Virus record (IMG/VR): IMGVR_UViG_3300030419_004471
Span: 1 to 64,000 of that record
Length of the DNA: 64,000 bases
Direction: 5' to 3' (one strand)
Shown: positions 18,669 through 27,403 of the stretch, in pieces
Layout of the letters: every line of letters starts with the position of its first letter
Position numbering within the stretch: position 1 is the first letter of the stretch
The notes under the pieces: generated by a model
Databases searched by the model: none
What the model was told of the DNA's origin: nothing
Seen by the model: the letters and a program-made list of their open reading frames with translations, nothing else
Made by a program: the position numbers and the translations under genes

Positions 18669-19402
18669 AACAATTTAACTCTTTCATTTACAACCAAATT
18701 ATATTCTAAGTGCATTGAGTTTCCTGATAAATCCCACACTTTATATTTTGTATGTTCTCTTGGGTTCATAACAAACACTGGATTTTCTAACATTTTCATA
18801 GGAACTCTTGTAGCATTTTTATTTTTCTCTAACATATCTAACACTTCCTGTTCACTGTGTATTGTTGAAAACAATCCACACTCTTTTAAATCAAAACTAC
18901 AAAATCCTATATGTTCTGGGTCAGGAATAATTCCTTCATAATAATTACAAAATCCAAAATGAAATGGCGCTGATGTATAATCGTGCAATTCTCCTTTATA
19001 TATTTGTTTTCTTCTTATAGTATCTCCAGTATATTCATTTCTAACATAAAGTTCAAACTTTTTTTGTTCTGCGTGATGATGTACTATAAAAGTAGCCTCA
19101 TCCCATATAGCTTGTCCAAGATGTTCAGTTGTCATTGTCCAAAAAGTTGGATGGTCTATACCTTCTTCTTGACTCCACCAGTCCCAACTAAAACATCCCC
19201 CATTAAGTTTAGCAAATAAACCATAATGCATTCCTGGTCTAACGAATATACCTTTATTGTATGTGTCCGATGGGTCTCTTAATAATTTAAATCTTATATA
19301 AAATGTAAAATCACCCTGCATAGATGGTCCGCTCATTACATCTGATAGTTCGTATAAACGATTTTGTTCTATGTTCCAAGGCTTTCTATAATTTATAATC
19401 AT
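18665..19402 (-). CDS. LamG/concanavalin A-like beta-sandwich protein (putative)
   Basis: Beta-rich; ends VWDLSGNSMH, similar to DISGNDND and DLSGNKVD at the ends of the LamG-like inserts in the GT7 proteins. Confidence 0.5.
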   Translation of the reverse strand: MIINYRKPWNIEQNRLYELSDVMSGPSMQGDFTFYIRFKLLRDPSDTYNKGIFVRPGMHYGLFAKLNGGCFSWDWWSQEEGIDHPTFWTMTTEHLGQAIWDEATFIVHHHAEQKKFELYVRNEYTGDTIRRKQIYKGELHDYTSAPFHFGFCNYYEGIIPDPEHIGFCSFDLKECGLFSTIHSEQEVLDMLEKNKNATRVPMKMLENPVFVMNPREHTKYKVWDLSGNSMHLEYNLVVNERVKLL

Positions 19403-19406
19403 ATAA

Positions 19407-20969
19407 TTATTTTTGTATATATAATTGTTTATCGTGGTTAAACTCTATGTTACCCCACTTATGATAAAGCTCATCAAATTCAGGAAATACTTTTAAAAAG
19501 TCTGTTCCTCTTCTTTTATCGTGTGCTTTCATAAAGTTATGAAAGTTTAATCTGGTTTTATTTACCCAAGATTCATCTGCTATTTCACCATATGGTTTTT
19601 TGAAATCTCCCTCCATCCAATCGTGAAGTCTTTTAATTTTTTGTATTTCAATATCAGAATATCCAACATAATCATATCCGAAAGATGGAATTCCATAATA
19701 AAACATAAGTTTAGCTTGGTCAAATACTTTTTTGTTCCAAGATTTTGGTAATATTTGTACGGCTTGATGGGGTGGATGTCTTAAATAAGATGTATCTAAG
19801 AAAACAGCTGATTCCCAAAATCTATCACTACTACCATATTCGTGCTTTAGCTGATATACTCCATCAAGTAATTTATGATAACTTGGAACTGATAATGCGT
19901 TGTAAGTACTCATAATAGTAATATTAACTCTTGGACATTTAGTTAATATTGTATTCATATTATTCCAAAATCTATTAAATACTAATCCGTGTCTTGCATA
20001 TTCAGCTTGTTGACCCCATCCATCAACTGAAGTAAATATAATAAATTCTTTTACTCTTCTTTCATCACATATTCTATTTATCTTATCACAAAATTTATCA
20101 ATTAACTCATCGGGTACTCCCAAATTTGAATTTATTGCTAATTGTAATTTTCTATTTGGTTTTGGTTGCTCAATTATATAATCTAAAACTTTCCAAGTAT
20201 CTTTAGATAATAAAGGTTCTCCTCCAGTAATTCTAAAAGTATGTAAATCCCAATATAGGTCAGGCCACCATTTCCAAAATGCTTCTACATAAGGATTATG
20301 TTCTGTTTGTTTTTGAGGCCACTTATCTTCAATCTGATGTTGTTTTATACCATTAAAATCATCAGTAGTTGGATACCCTCCATACTTTTCTATCTCTTGT
20401 TGCCAAGTTGTTGAATATGCAGGTCCACAATATGAACATTTGAAGTTACAAGTATGTGAGAATGATACCTCAACATAACGTGGATTAAAATCTCCTCTCC
20501 AATCAGATTTTCGTATCTCATCATAATGGGGTTTAGACCAACTTTCGTTTGATTTAAATGTCCTATCTGAAAAGTGGTTTGAATTATCCTCTACATTCCA
20601 ACAATAACCACATTCTTTTGGTCTTTTGTTTTCCAACATCTCTTTTCTTCTAAGCTTCTTAAATCTTGTATTGTGAAGTGCAGATGGATTTCTTTTTATT
20701 TCAGCTTCAGATACTTTATGTGTTCCAGGGTGGTGACAGGAATGATTATGTCCTGTCTGCATTTGTATTGTAACTTGTGTCCATTTCGCTAAACAAAATC
20801 CACAACCAACATCATCCAGCTTAGTTTTCATTTCACGGAAGTCTTGATTTTCATATATAAAATCATTTCCTTTAGGAGCAATATCTTTATGTTTCTCTTG
20901 CTCCTTCTTTACCGCATCCCTTTGTTCTTGTGCCGCCTTATCTAAATTCTCTTTTAATGCTTCTGACAT
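19407..20969 (-). CDS. Radical SAM protein with N-terminal twitch/SPASM-like Cys cluster
   Basis: CNFKCSYC (CxxxCxxC), TGGEP; N-terminal CLAKW...SCHH...CGYCW. Confidence 0.9.
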   Translation of the reverse strand: MSEALKENLDKAAQEQRDAVKKEQEKHKDIAPKGNDFIYENQDFREMKTKLDDVGCGFCLAKWTQVTIQMQTGHNHSCHHPGTHKVSEAEIKRNPSALHNTRFKKLRRKEMLENKRPKECGYCWNVEDNSNHFSDRTFKSNESWSKPHYDEIRKSDWRGDFNPRYVEVSFSHTCNFKCSYCGPAYSTTWQQEIEKYGGYPTTDDFNGIKQHQIEDKWPQKQTEHNPYVEAFWKWWPDLYWDLHTFRITGGEPLLSKDTWKVLDYIIEQPKPNRKLQLAINSNLGVPDELIDKFCDKINRICDERRVKEFIIFTSVDGWGQQAEYARHGLVFNRFWNNMNTILTKCPRVNITIMSTYNALSVPSYHKLLDGVYQLKHEYGSSDRFWESAVFLDTSYLRHPPHQAVQILPKSWNKKVFDQAKLMFYYGIPSFGYDYVGYSDIEIQKIKRLHDWMEGDFKKPYGEIADESWVNKTRLNFHNFMKAHDKRRGTDFLKVFPEFDELYHKWGNIEFNHDKQLYIQK

Positions 20970-20993
20970 TTGTTGTTCTTATATTAATATATA

Positions 20994-22436
20994 TTATAAC
21001 TTAACATTTATTAATTTTGCTTTTGGATTTATTTCTTCAACTCCAACTAACTCATATTTTAGTTGTTTAATACCATCCGATTTATAATCCCAATTACCTT
21101 GCTGCATTTCTAAAACGTATCTTCTTTCATTTGCAGCTGTAGTTTCTCCTTTAGCCCATCTATCTTGTCCTTTATCATCGGTAATTAATCCTTCATCTTT
21201 ATGAGGTAAACAAGTCATTCTACCTTCTCTTCTATGTGGTATTGGTGCTTGTGCTATCGTTATCTCATCTTCTCCTGTTATTATAGTATCTACGTTACCA
21301 TCGTTATCATTACCACTAATATCTTTAGCCTCACCCTCATTAAATTCATAATGTAATTTTAATCCGTCTGATGGGATTTCATTCATTAAATTTTTGATTT
21401 CTTCTGTTTCTAATTTTCTGTTCCATAACATAACCTTTGCTATATCACCTTTAAAGAATTTATTTACATCTCTCTCACCAACTGAAGTTGTGTATCCTAT
21501 AGTATATGGTACTGAACCATATCTTTTTAAACTACCTTCATATTTTTGTGGTGAATGAGTTCCATGCCCATGCCTTGCATCTGATTCTCTTCCATTTAAA
21601 TAAAAATGAATAAAATTATTTTCAGTATCAACTGTTAATGTAACCCAACTCCAATAATTTTCGTATCTCTTCATCCATTGATATAAAGCTTCTTTTTTAT
21701 TATTCCATAAAAGTGCAGTATATGCTCTACTATTGTTATAAGATAATCCCCAATCATATCCTGCTCTTCTTATAATTGGATATTCAGTAAATCTTCTATC
21801 ATAATCACCAACTAACCAAATTGGTACTTTGTGTTCTTGTTGATTTGCTCTAACTAAAACTGAAACAGTATGTGATTTAGTAGTAAGGTGAGCTGTATCT
21901 CTATTTGTTGGTATTGTTACTCCAGAATTTATTCCATTAAAAGAAAAGAACTCTTGATGACCTAATTTTGTTTCTTTTACATCCGCCATTCCTTCTAAAT
22001 AACATCTCCAGAATAAATCATCATCTTCCATTCCCCAATCCCAATAATCATTAGAATATCCATTTGTTTTTTCTACTTGTTCTTTAGAAAATATTACTGC
22101 TCCTCCAAAATATTCTTGATATTTTAATTGATAATCCATTTGAGATATGTTCGTTGCAATATGAATTGGATATTTTTCAGGAAAAGAATAATCACATCCT
22201 TCTTCTGGTATCATATCTATATCATGCCAAACAACATAATCACATCCTTCTTTAAATGCCCATTCAGCAGCTACATTCTTCATAGCTCCCCTATTAAAAA
22301 GTTTATCATCTACTTGATGACCAAAATACATACAATAATCTATTCCTTTAGATTCTAAATATGCTCCAACTTTTGGTACAAACTCTTTTAAGTGAGCTTC
22401 TCTATTTCTATATGGTACACAAACTCCTAATTTCAT
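20994..22436 (-). CDS. GT7 (beta-1,4-galactosyltransferase-like) glycosyltransferase with inserted LamG-like domain
   Basis: VPYRNR, FNRG, HDIDM (DxD), YFGG, NGYSNDYWDWGMEDDD; central ConA-like insert. Confidence 0.88.
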   Translation of the reverse strand: MKLGVCVPYRNREAHLKEFVPKVGAYLESKGIDYCMYFGHQVDDKLFNRGAMKNVAAEWAFKEGCDYVVWHDIDMIPEEGCDYSFPEKYPIHIATNISQMDYQLKYQEYFGGAVIFSKEQVEKTNGYSNDYWDWGMEDDDLFWRCYLEGMADVKETKLGHQEFFSFNGINSGVTIPTNRDTAHLTTKSHTVSVLVRANQQEHKVPIWLVGDYDRRFTEYPIIRRAGYDWGLSYNNSRAYTALLWNNKKEALYQWMKRYENYWSWVTLTVDTENNFIHFYLNGRESDARHGHGTHSPQKYEGSLKRYGSVPYTIGYTTSVGERDVNKFFKGDIAKVMLWNRKLETEEIKNLMNEIPSDGLKLHYEFNEGEAKDISGNDNDGNVDTIITGEDEITIAQAPIPHRREGRMTCLPHKDEGLITDDKGQDRWAKGETTAANERRYVLEMQQGNWDYKSDGIKQLKYELVGVEEINPKAKLINVKL

Positions 22437-22439
22437 AAT

Positions 22440-22910
22440 TTAATCTAATTCCATTTTTCGTTCAAAGTATTTTGCATCTTCAATACACTTTGGATTTTGT
22501 TTTATAGTTTGCATTGCTATCATATCTTTCATCTTGGTTGTTGACCAACCATGTGCTCTAGTAGTATATACAATCTTTGGAGGTAAGTCATCACCTGTAA
22601 AGGGTTTACCTATATAATCTTCACCCAAAATTCTTATATCCGGCTTAAAGAACTCAATTAATTTATAAAGTTCTTTTTCGGTTTGATATACATATACTTC
22701 ATCTATATATTTTATAGCCATCAACGTTCTATATCTTTCGTGTAATGGTATAACTGGTTTGTATTTTGATTTCCTATGTTCATTCGGGTCTCTCTGTAAG
22801 AATACTATAAACTTATCACAATGTTCTTTTGCTGCTTCAAAGGTATAAATGTAACCTGGATGAATCAAATCAAAATTACCCGCCGTAAATCCTACTATTT
22901 CTTTTTTCAT
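22440..22910 (-). CDS. Cytidylyltransferase (TagD/glycerol-3-phosphate cytidylyltransferase-like)
   Basis: GNFDLIHPGY, GEDY, RAHGWSTT motifs. Confidence 0.85.
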   Translation of the reverse strand: MKKEIVGFTAGNFDLIHPGYIYTFEAAKEHCDKFIVFLQRDPNEHRKSKYKPVIPLHERYRTLMAIKYIDEVYVYQTEKELYKLIEFFKPDIRILGEDYIGKPFTGDDLPPKIVYTTRAHGWSTTKMKDMIAMQTIKQNPKCIEDAKYFERKMELD

Positions 22911-23065
22911 TTTATTCCACCATTTTCAATTGTGTCTATCATAGTTATTATCTGGTCGTGCCATTTACTATAAGTGTCTCTATCGCCTTCCCAAGTTGCC
23001 TGTTCGCATCTTGTTTTATAAAAATCTCTAATTATTACTAATAATTTAACTATTACGCTCTTCAT
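22907..23065 (-). CDS. Small hypothetical protein (52 aa)
   Basis: Not in ORF track; MKSVIVKLLVIIRDFYKTRCEQATWEGDRDTYSKWHDQIITMIDTIENGGIK; ATGA overlaps at both ends. Confidence 0.7.
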   Translation of the reverse strand: MKSVIVKLLVIIRDFYKTRCEQATWEGDRDTYSKWHDQIITMIDTIENGGIK

Positions 23066-24507
23066 AATTCTGCTACAATATAGTTAACATCTACTGAACC
23101 ATTTTCTACTCCAAATTTTAATTTATTATCACTAACAGTTTTATATTTTAATGTTTCTATACCATCTCTTCTCCAATTAGTTTCACCTTTTAAAACTTCA
23201 TTGTAAAATCTTAATTGGTTTTTTCTTGTTTCGGTATAAATCCATTTGTTTTCATAAAATCCATTATCTTCGTGAAATAATAGTTTAAATTTAGATTCTC
23301 TTCTCCAAGGAACTACTTCTTCTTGATAAGCTTCTGTATGTGGGCTTTGTACTCTATTACAATAATGTACTTTTCCGTCAACTTTGTTACCGCTCAAATC
23401 ATATAATTGATGGTTGGTTGATGCTTTTGCATCGTAAGCTACTTCCAAACAATGTGGAGTTGTATAACCATCATATCCTTCACTAACACCAAGATATAAG
23501 TTATTATAAACTGCTTCAACTTGTCCTGGTTCTAATGAATGATTCCAAACTGCGAATTGATGAATCAATCCCTTAAATCCTCTACGATTATTTGCAGATT
23601 TTGGAAGTGTCTTACCTAAATACATAAATTTCTCATTGTGGTAAGGTAGTAATCTTCCTTTGAATGTTGCTTCATCGATTAATTTACCATCCTGATATAA
23701 TTTTATGAATTTATTATATTGGTCTACAACAACCATTAAAGTTGTTCTGCGTTCAGTTTGTATTGTTGATTTTAAACTTATACATTGTTTACTTGTTGTA
23801 AAAGTTTCGAATTTGTATCTTCTAAAAGAATTAAATGTAAATCCAGTATCGTAACCTGGTACTGCTACAATAGAATATTCATCTATTTCTAAATCTTCTC
23901 TACAATCTATTTTATAAGGTTCGCATTCTAATAGCATAGTGTAATTATCTAAACCAAATTTCATTGGTATTTTAACTTCACTATCCCAACCATTGAATTC
24001 TAAACCTACGGTATTCCAAGTTTTAATTGGTGTTTGTTTTTTATTTAAATCAAAGAAGTTTTCTTTACATCTAAATAATAAGTCATCATCCTCATATCCC
24101 CAGCCCCAATATTCGTTAGAGTAACCATTTATTTTATAATAGTCCATTATAGGAAATAAGGTTACTCCACCAAAATATGAATCGAATATGACTCTCCTCT
24201 CACCAACATCTGATTCGAAGTTTGTAGCAAGGTGTGTAGGTCTATTGACATATGAATAATCTACATCAATAGGTAGCATATCTACATCATGCAGGGCTAT
24301 GTAGGTACATCCTAACTTCTTTGCCTTCTCAACACCAATGTTGAGTAGTTTACCTCTATTAAATGGTTTATCATCAGCTTGTTCAGCAACAATCAATTCA
24401 TATTTGATTTTTTGCTTCTTTAAATGAGATGATATAGATGTTATAAATTGGTTAAGATGTGCCCTACGATTTCTGTAGGGAACAATTATACCAATCTTAT
24501 TTATCAT
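23062..24507 (-). CDS. GT7 glycosyltransferase with inserted LamG-like domain (paralogue of 20994..22436)
   Basis: IVPYRNR, FNRGKLLN, HDVDM, YFGGV, NGYSNEYWGWGYEDDD. Confidence 0.88.
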   Translation of the reverse strand: MINKIGIIVPYRNRRAHLNQFITSISSHLKKQKIKYELIVAEQADDKPFNRGKLLNIGVEKAKKLGCTYIALHDVDMLPIDVDYSYVNRPTHLATNFESDVGERRVIFDSYFGGVTLFPIMDYYKINGYSNEYWGWGYEDDDLLFRCKENFFDLNKKQTPIKTWNTVGLEFNGWDSEVKIPMKFGLDNYTMLLECEPYKIDCREDLEIDEYSIVAVPGYDTGFTFNSFRRYKFETFTTSKQCISLKSTIQTERRTTLMVVVDQYNKFIKLYQDGKLIDEATFKGRLLPYHNEKFMYLGKTLPKSANNRRGFKGLIHQFAVWNHSLEPGQVEAVYNNLYLGVSEGYDGYTTPHCLEVAYDAKASTNHQLYDLSGNKVDGKVHYCNRVQSPHTEAYQEEVVPWRRESKFKLLFHEDNGFYENKWIYTETRKNQLRFYNEVLKGETNWRRDGIETLKYKTVSDNKLKFGVENGSVDVNYIVAEL

Positions 24508-24721
24508 CTATAAACTTCTCTTTCCACATTGATAAATACCACTCAATTCTTGGTCCCCACTCTTCTTTATCGATTTCTTCAAACCATAAAGTAAGCGCGT
24601 CAATTGAATTAGCCATTTTTTCTAAAGCTTTAACTTTTCTCTCTTCTAAAAGAGGGTCAAATCCAGCTCCAGAATCAGCTCCTGAAATTTTAACGTGTCC
24701 TTTTGTCGTTTTTGTTGCCAT
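24497..24721 (-). CDS. Small hypothetical protein
   Basis: 74-aa ORF fitting between neighbours. Confidence 0.65.
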   Translation of the reverse strand: MATKTTKGHVKISGADSGAGFDPLLEERKVKALEKMANSIDALTLWFEEIDKEEWGPRIEWYLSMWKEKFIDDK

Positions 24722-24725
24722 AATT

Positions 24726-25589
24726 TTAAATTTTAATTATTCCTTTTGTTAATCTATTCCAATATTGATAATCCCAATGTTCGTTCTGAAACGGTACTTG
24801 TTGTTCCATTCCGAATGTAGGATTACTAATATCAATTCTACAATCAGATTCTCTGATTGCATTATACATCTTTTTGTATTCTTGCCAAAAAGTGTAATCT
24901 TCTTCTGTTTCTGAAACTTCTTTTAATCTTTCTAAAACAGTAGAATCCCATTTAAAGTGATGGACTTGTATAAACCCTTCACCTCTATTTGGAGGATATC
25001 TAAGAGGATGGGATGCTCCCTCTTCTCCCCAAACATCTTTGTCATCAATGATTGCATAATGTTGTCCAGATGATATTTTTATCTTTCCTTTCATTACACA
25101 AACTTTGTTTGGACAAGCACCACTAAGTGGATATCTAAAGAACCCAGCATATGGAAATAATTCCCATATATTAGAATCTTTTTTAATTACAGGAAATGTT
25201 CCATCATCTCCTATTCTATCTAAAAATCCACCTGTGATAAATTCCCAACCATTTTGTTCACACTCTTCAATCATTGTCTCAATTGGTTTTGGATAAACCT
25301 GAATCTCATCATCATCTGATACTATCCACCAATCGTTTGGTTTAGTCATCTTCACTTCATTATAAAGTTCAGTAACCTTCTCCCAATGAAACTTTGGTTC
25401 AGTAACAACTTTGTAAGGTGTTATACCTAATTCTTCTATTTGTTCCAATATACCATCATCTTCAGATTGTCTATAAACTACGATAAAAATATTATCTTTG
25501 TTTCTAACAATATTCTGATAGTATTCCAGCATATGTGGTAACATAGTGATATTGTGCCCTACTACTGTAACTAAGTTTAAGTTCTGCAT
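24726..25589 (-). CDS. GT-A fold (GT2-like) glycosyltransferase
   Basis: WWIVSDDDE (DxD), SGQH, VHHFKW; likely start MQNLNL at 25589. Confidence 0.7.
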   Translation of the reverse strand: MQNLNLVTVVGHNITMLPHMLEYYQNIVRNKDNIFIVVYRQSEDDGILEQIEELGITPYKVVTEPKFHWEKVTELYNEVKMTKPNDWWIVSDDDEIQVYPKPIETMIEECEQNGWEFITGGFLDRIGDDGTFPVIKKDSNIWELFPYAGFFRYPLSGACPNKVCVMKGKIKISSGQHYAIIDDKDVWGEEGASHPLRYPPNRGEGFIQVHHFKWDSTVLERLKEVSETEEDYTFWQEYKKMYNAIRESDCRIDISNPTFGMEQQVPFQNEHWDYQYWNRLTKGIIKI

Positions 25590-26356
25590 TTTTGTATCAA
25601 TGTTAGTCCAGTCGATGATGGTTTCTCTCTCATCGCTCCGTTGTTCCAAAAATTGAAAAGTTCCCATTCTTTGCTTTCGTTTAATTCTTTTATGAGTTTA
25701 TTAGGTCCATCAAATGGAGCATGATGTTTTTTATCTTTTACATCTTCAGTTACGATGAGTTCTTTCTCAAAAGATTCATCAGTATCGTGAATCGATATTA
25801 CACCATAATCCGATAGGATACTTGAATAAAGAGTAAAATCATTTTTAACATCATCATATGAGTGTCCTGCATCTATATGAAGATAATCTATCTTTATATC
25901 TTCCTTTACAAAGTAATTGTAAAATGCATTTTCTGTAGTATCTAGTATAACTCTACAGTCAAAGTTCTTTCGGAAAAATGAACGTTTGTCTGTCCAATCT
26001 GTATAACCTCCAACTCCGTTATCTGCATCTACTAAGATTGTTGTACCACAACCACCCCACTCCATTTGTTTTGAACCACTAAATATTTTTTGGTCATGCA
26101 AGTCTATTCTAGCTTGCGTCATTATACGAGGAATAAATCCTCCCCCACTACCCAAACATACACATACTTTTGCTCTCATATGTTGGATAATAGAATATAC
26201 TAACAAACCATCACCCAAATGTAAATCAGTTGCTCCGTGAGTCCATCTATATTTGACAGGAACAAATTCATTAAAGAGTTTACCATTTGAATCTCTTTTT
26301 TTGGTTTGATTATTTGTTAAATACTTTTGTGTTAATCCTAAATTCAATAAAGACAT
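25577..26356 (-). CDS. Class I SAM-dependent methyltransferase (Methyltransf_24-like)
   Basis: CLGSGGG, IDYLHIDAGHSY, GVISIHD. Confidence 0.85.
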   Translation of the reverse strand: MSLLNLGLTQKYLTNNQTKKRDSNGKLFNEFVPVKYRWTHGATDLHLGDGLLVYSIIQHMRAKVCVCLGSGGGFIPRIMTQARIDLHDQKIFSGSKQMEWGGCGTTILVDADNGVGGYTDWTDKRSFFRKNFDCRVILDTTENAFYNYFVKEDIKIDYLHIDAGHSYDDVKNDFTLYSSILSDYGVISIHDTDESFEKELIVTEDVKDKKHHAPFDGPNKLIKELNESKEWELFNFWNNGAMREKPSSTGLTLIQKCRT

Positions 26357-26379
26357 TAATCTTAGATTATGGTGTTGTA

Positions 26380-26388
26380 TATAAATAT
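26380..26388 (-). promoter_or_regulatory. Putative late promoter motif ATATTTATA heading the glycan gene run 26356->10615
   Basis: Intergenic, upstream of methyltransferase. Confidence 0.7.
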
Positions 26389-26416
26389 ATGAATATTTAC
26401 AAAACGATAAAAAAAG

Positions 26417-27403
26417 TTAAAAAATATTGATGATTTTTTTCGCCCATCTTTTTTTGTTATTATATTTTTTCATCCAATGTTGTAAGTTTCCGAAATTATC
26501 TAAAATTTCATCAAAAGAATCTGAGGATATTGCTTTTACCATTTCATCGAATTCTTTTTTATTGGATGCTCTATATTTGTAATTTACATCTCCCCAATCA
26601 GAATGTATAATAGGTACTTTTCCATAATCAACGGCTTGGAATATTGAGTACCCAAATGGTTCATTGGTATGACAAGAATGTGATATAGTCCAATTCTTTT
26701 TCATAAACGAATCTAATATTTTTATATCCCATTGATAAAATCTAATCTTATCAAAATTATAATTACTATTTTCTACTATATTTCTCCAATCATATTGCGA
26801 ACTAAGTACACATCCTTGATGATTATCCAAATAGTGTACATTTTTACGAGATTCTATTCGAGAAGTAAATCCAATTTTATTATTTTGTAAATTTTTTAGA
26901 AATATATTGTGTTTAAATTCATAAAAGTTAGGAATTGTTATGGTATTGGAAGGATAATCTTTAAATAATTGTGAATCTGTTAATCCAACCCATACTCTTT
27001 TCTTACAATATCTCATTAAATCATTTACTGCTCCAGTTTCTACCTTTGTTTGAAATTGTCTTTTGGAATCTCCATACTTTAACATATCAGGAAGATATGC
27101 ATGAACGAAAATAGTATCCCATTTATTTCTATGTTTCCATAAATGGTCTCTATAATGATAATTGGAATGTAAGAAGTGTATTTTATCGCACCTATTAAGT
27201 AAACTTTCTGTAGTTGATGGACTTTCATCGTGAAAGTGAAAATTTGTTAATTCACTTTTAAATCCAACTGGTCGTTTTCCATCAACTAAAATATAATAAG
27301 AATCTTTTAATTTCGGTAGAACTAAATCAATAAAATGATTTACCCATATATCCGCACCACCTTGTATAATGTTTCCGAAACCGGTTGTTACTAATAAATT
27401 CAT
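26417..27403 (-). CDS. GT-B fold (GT4-like) glycosyltransferase
   Basis: N-terminal GGA, IPN, SRIESRKN, EPFGYSIFQA (variant of ExFG...E). Confidence 0.75.
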   Translation of the reverse strand: MNLLVTTGFGNIIQGGADIWVNHFIDLVLPKLKDSYYILVDGKRPVGFKSELTNFHFHDESPSTTESLLNRCDKIHFLHSNYHYRDHLWKHRNKWDTIFVHAYLPDMLKYGDSKRQFQTKVETGAVNDLMRYCKKRVWVGLTDSQLFKDYPSNTITIPNFYEFKHNIFLKNLQNNKIGFTSRIESRKNVHYLDNHQGCVLSSQYDWRNIVENSNYNFDKIRFYQWDIKILDSFMKKNWTISHSCHTNEPFGYSIFQAVDYGKVPIIHSDWGDVNYKYRASNKKEFDEMVKAISSDSFDEILDNFGNLQHWMKKYNNKKRWAKKIINIF

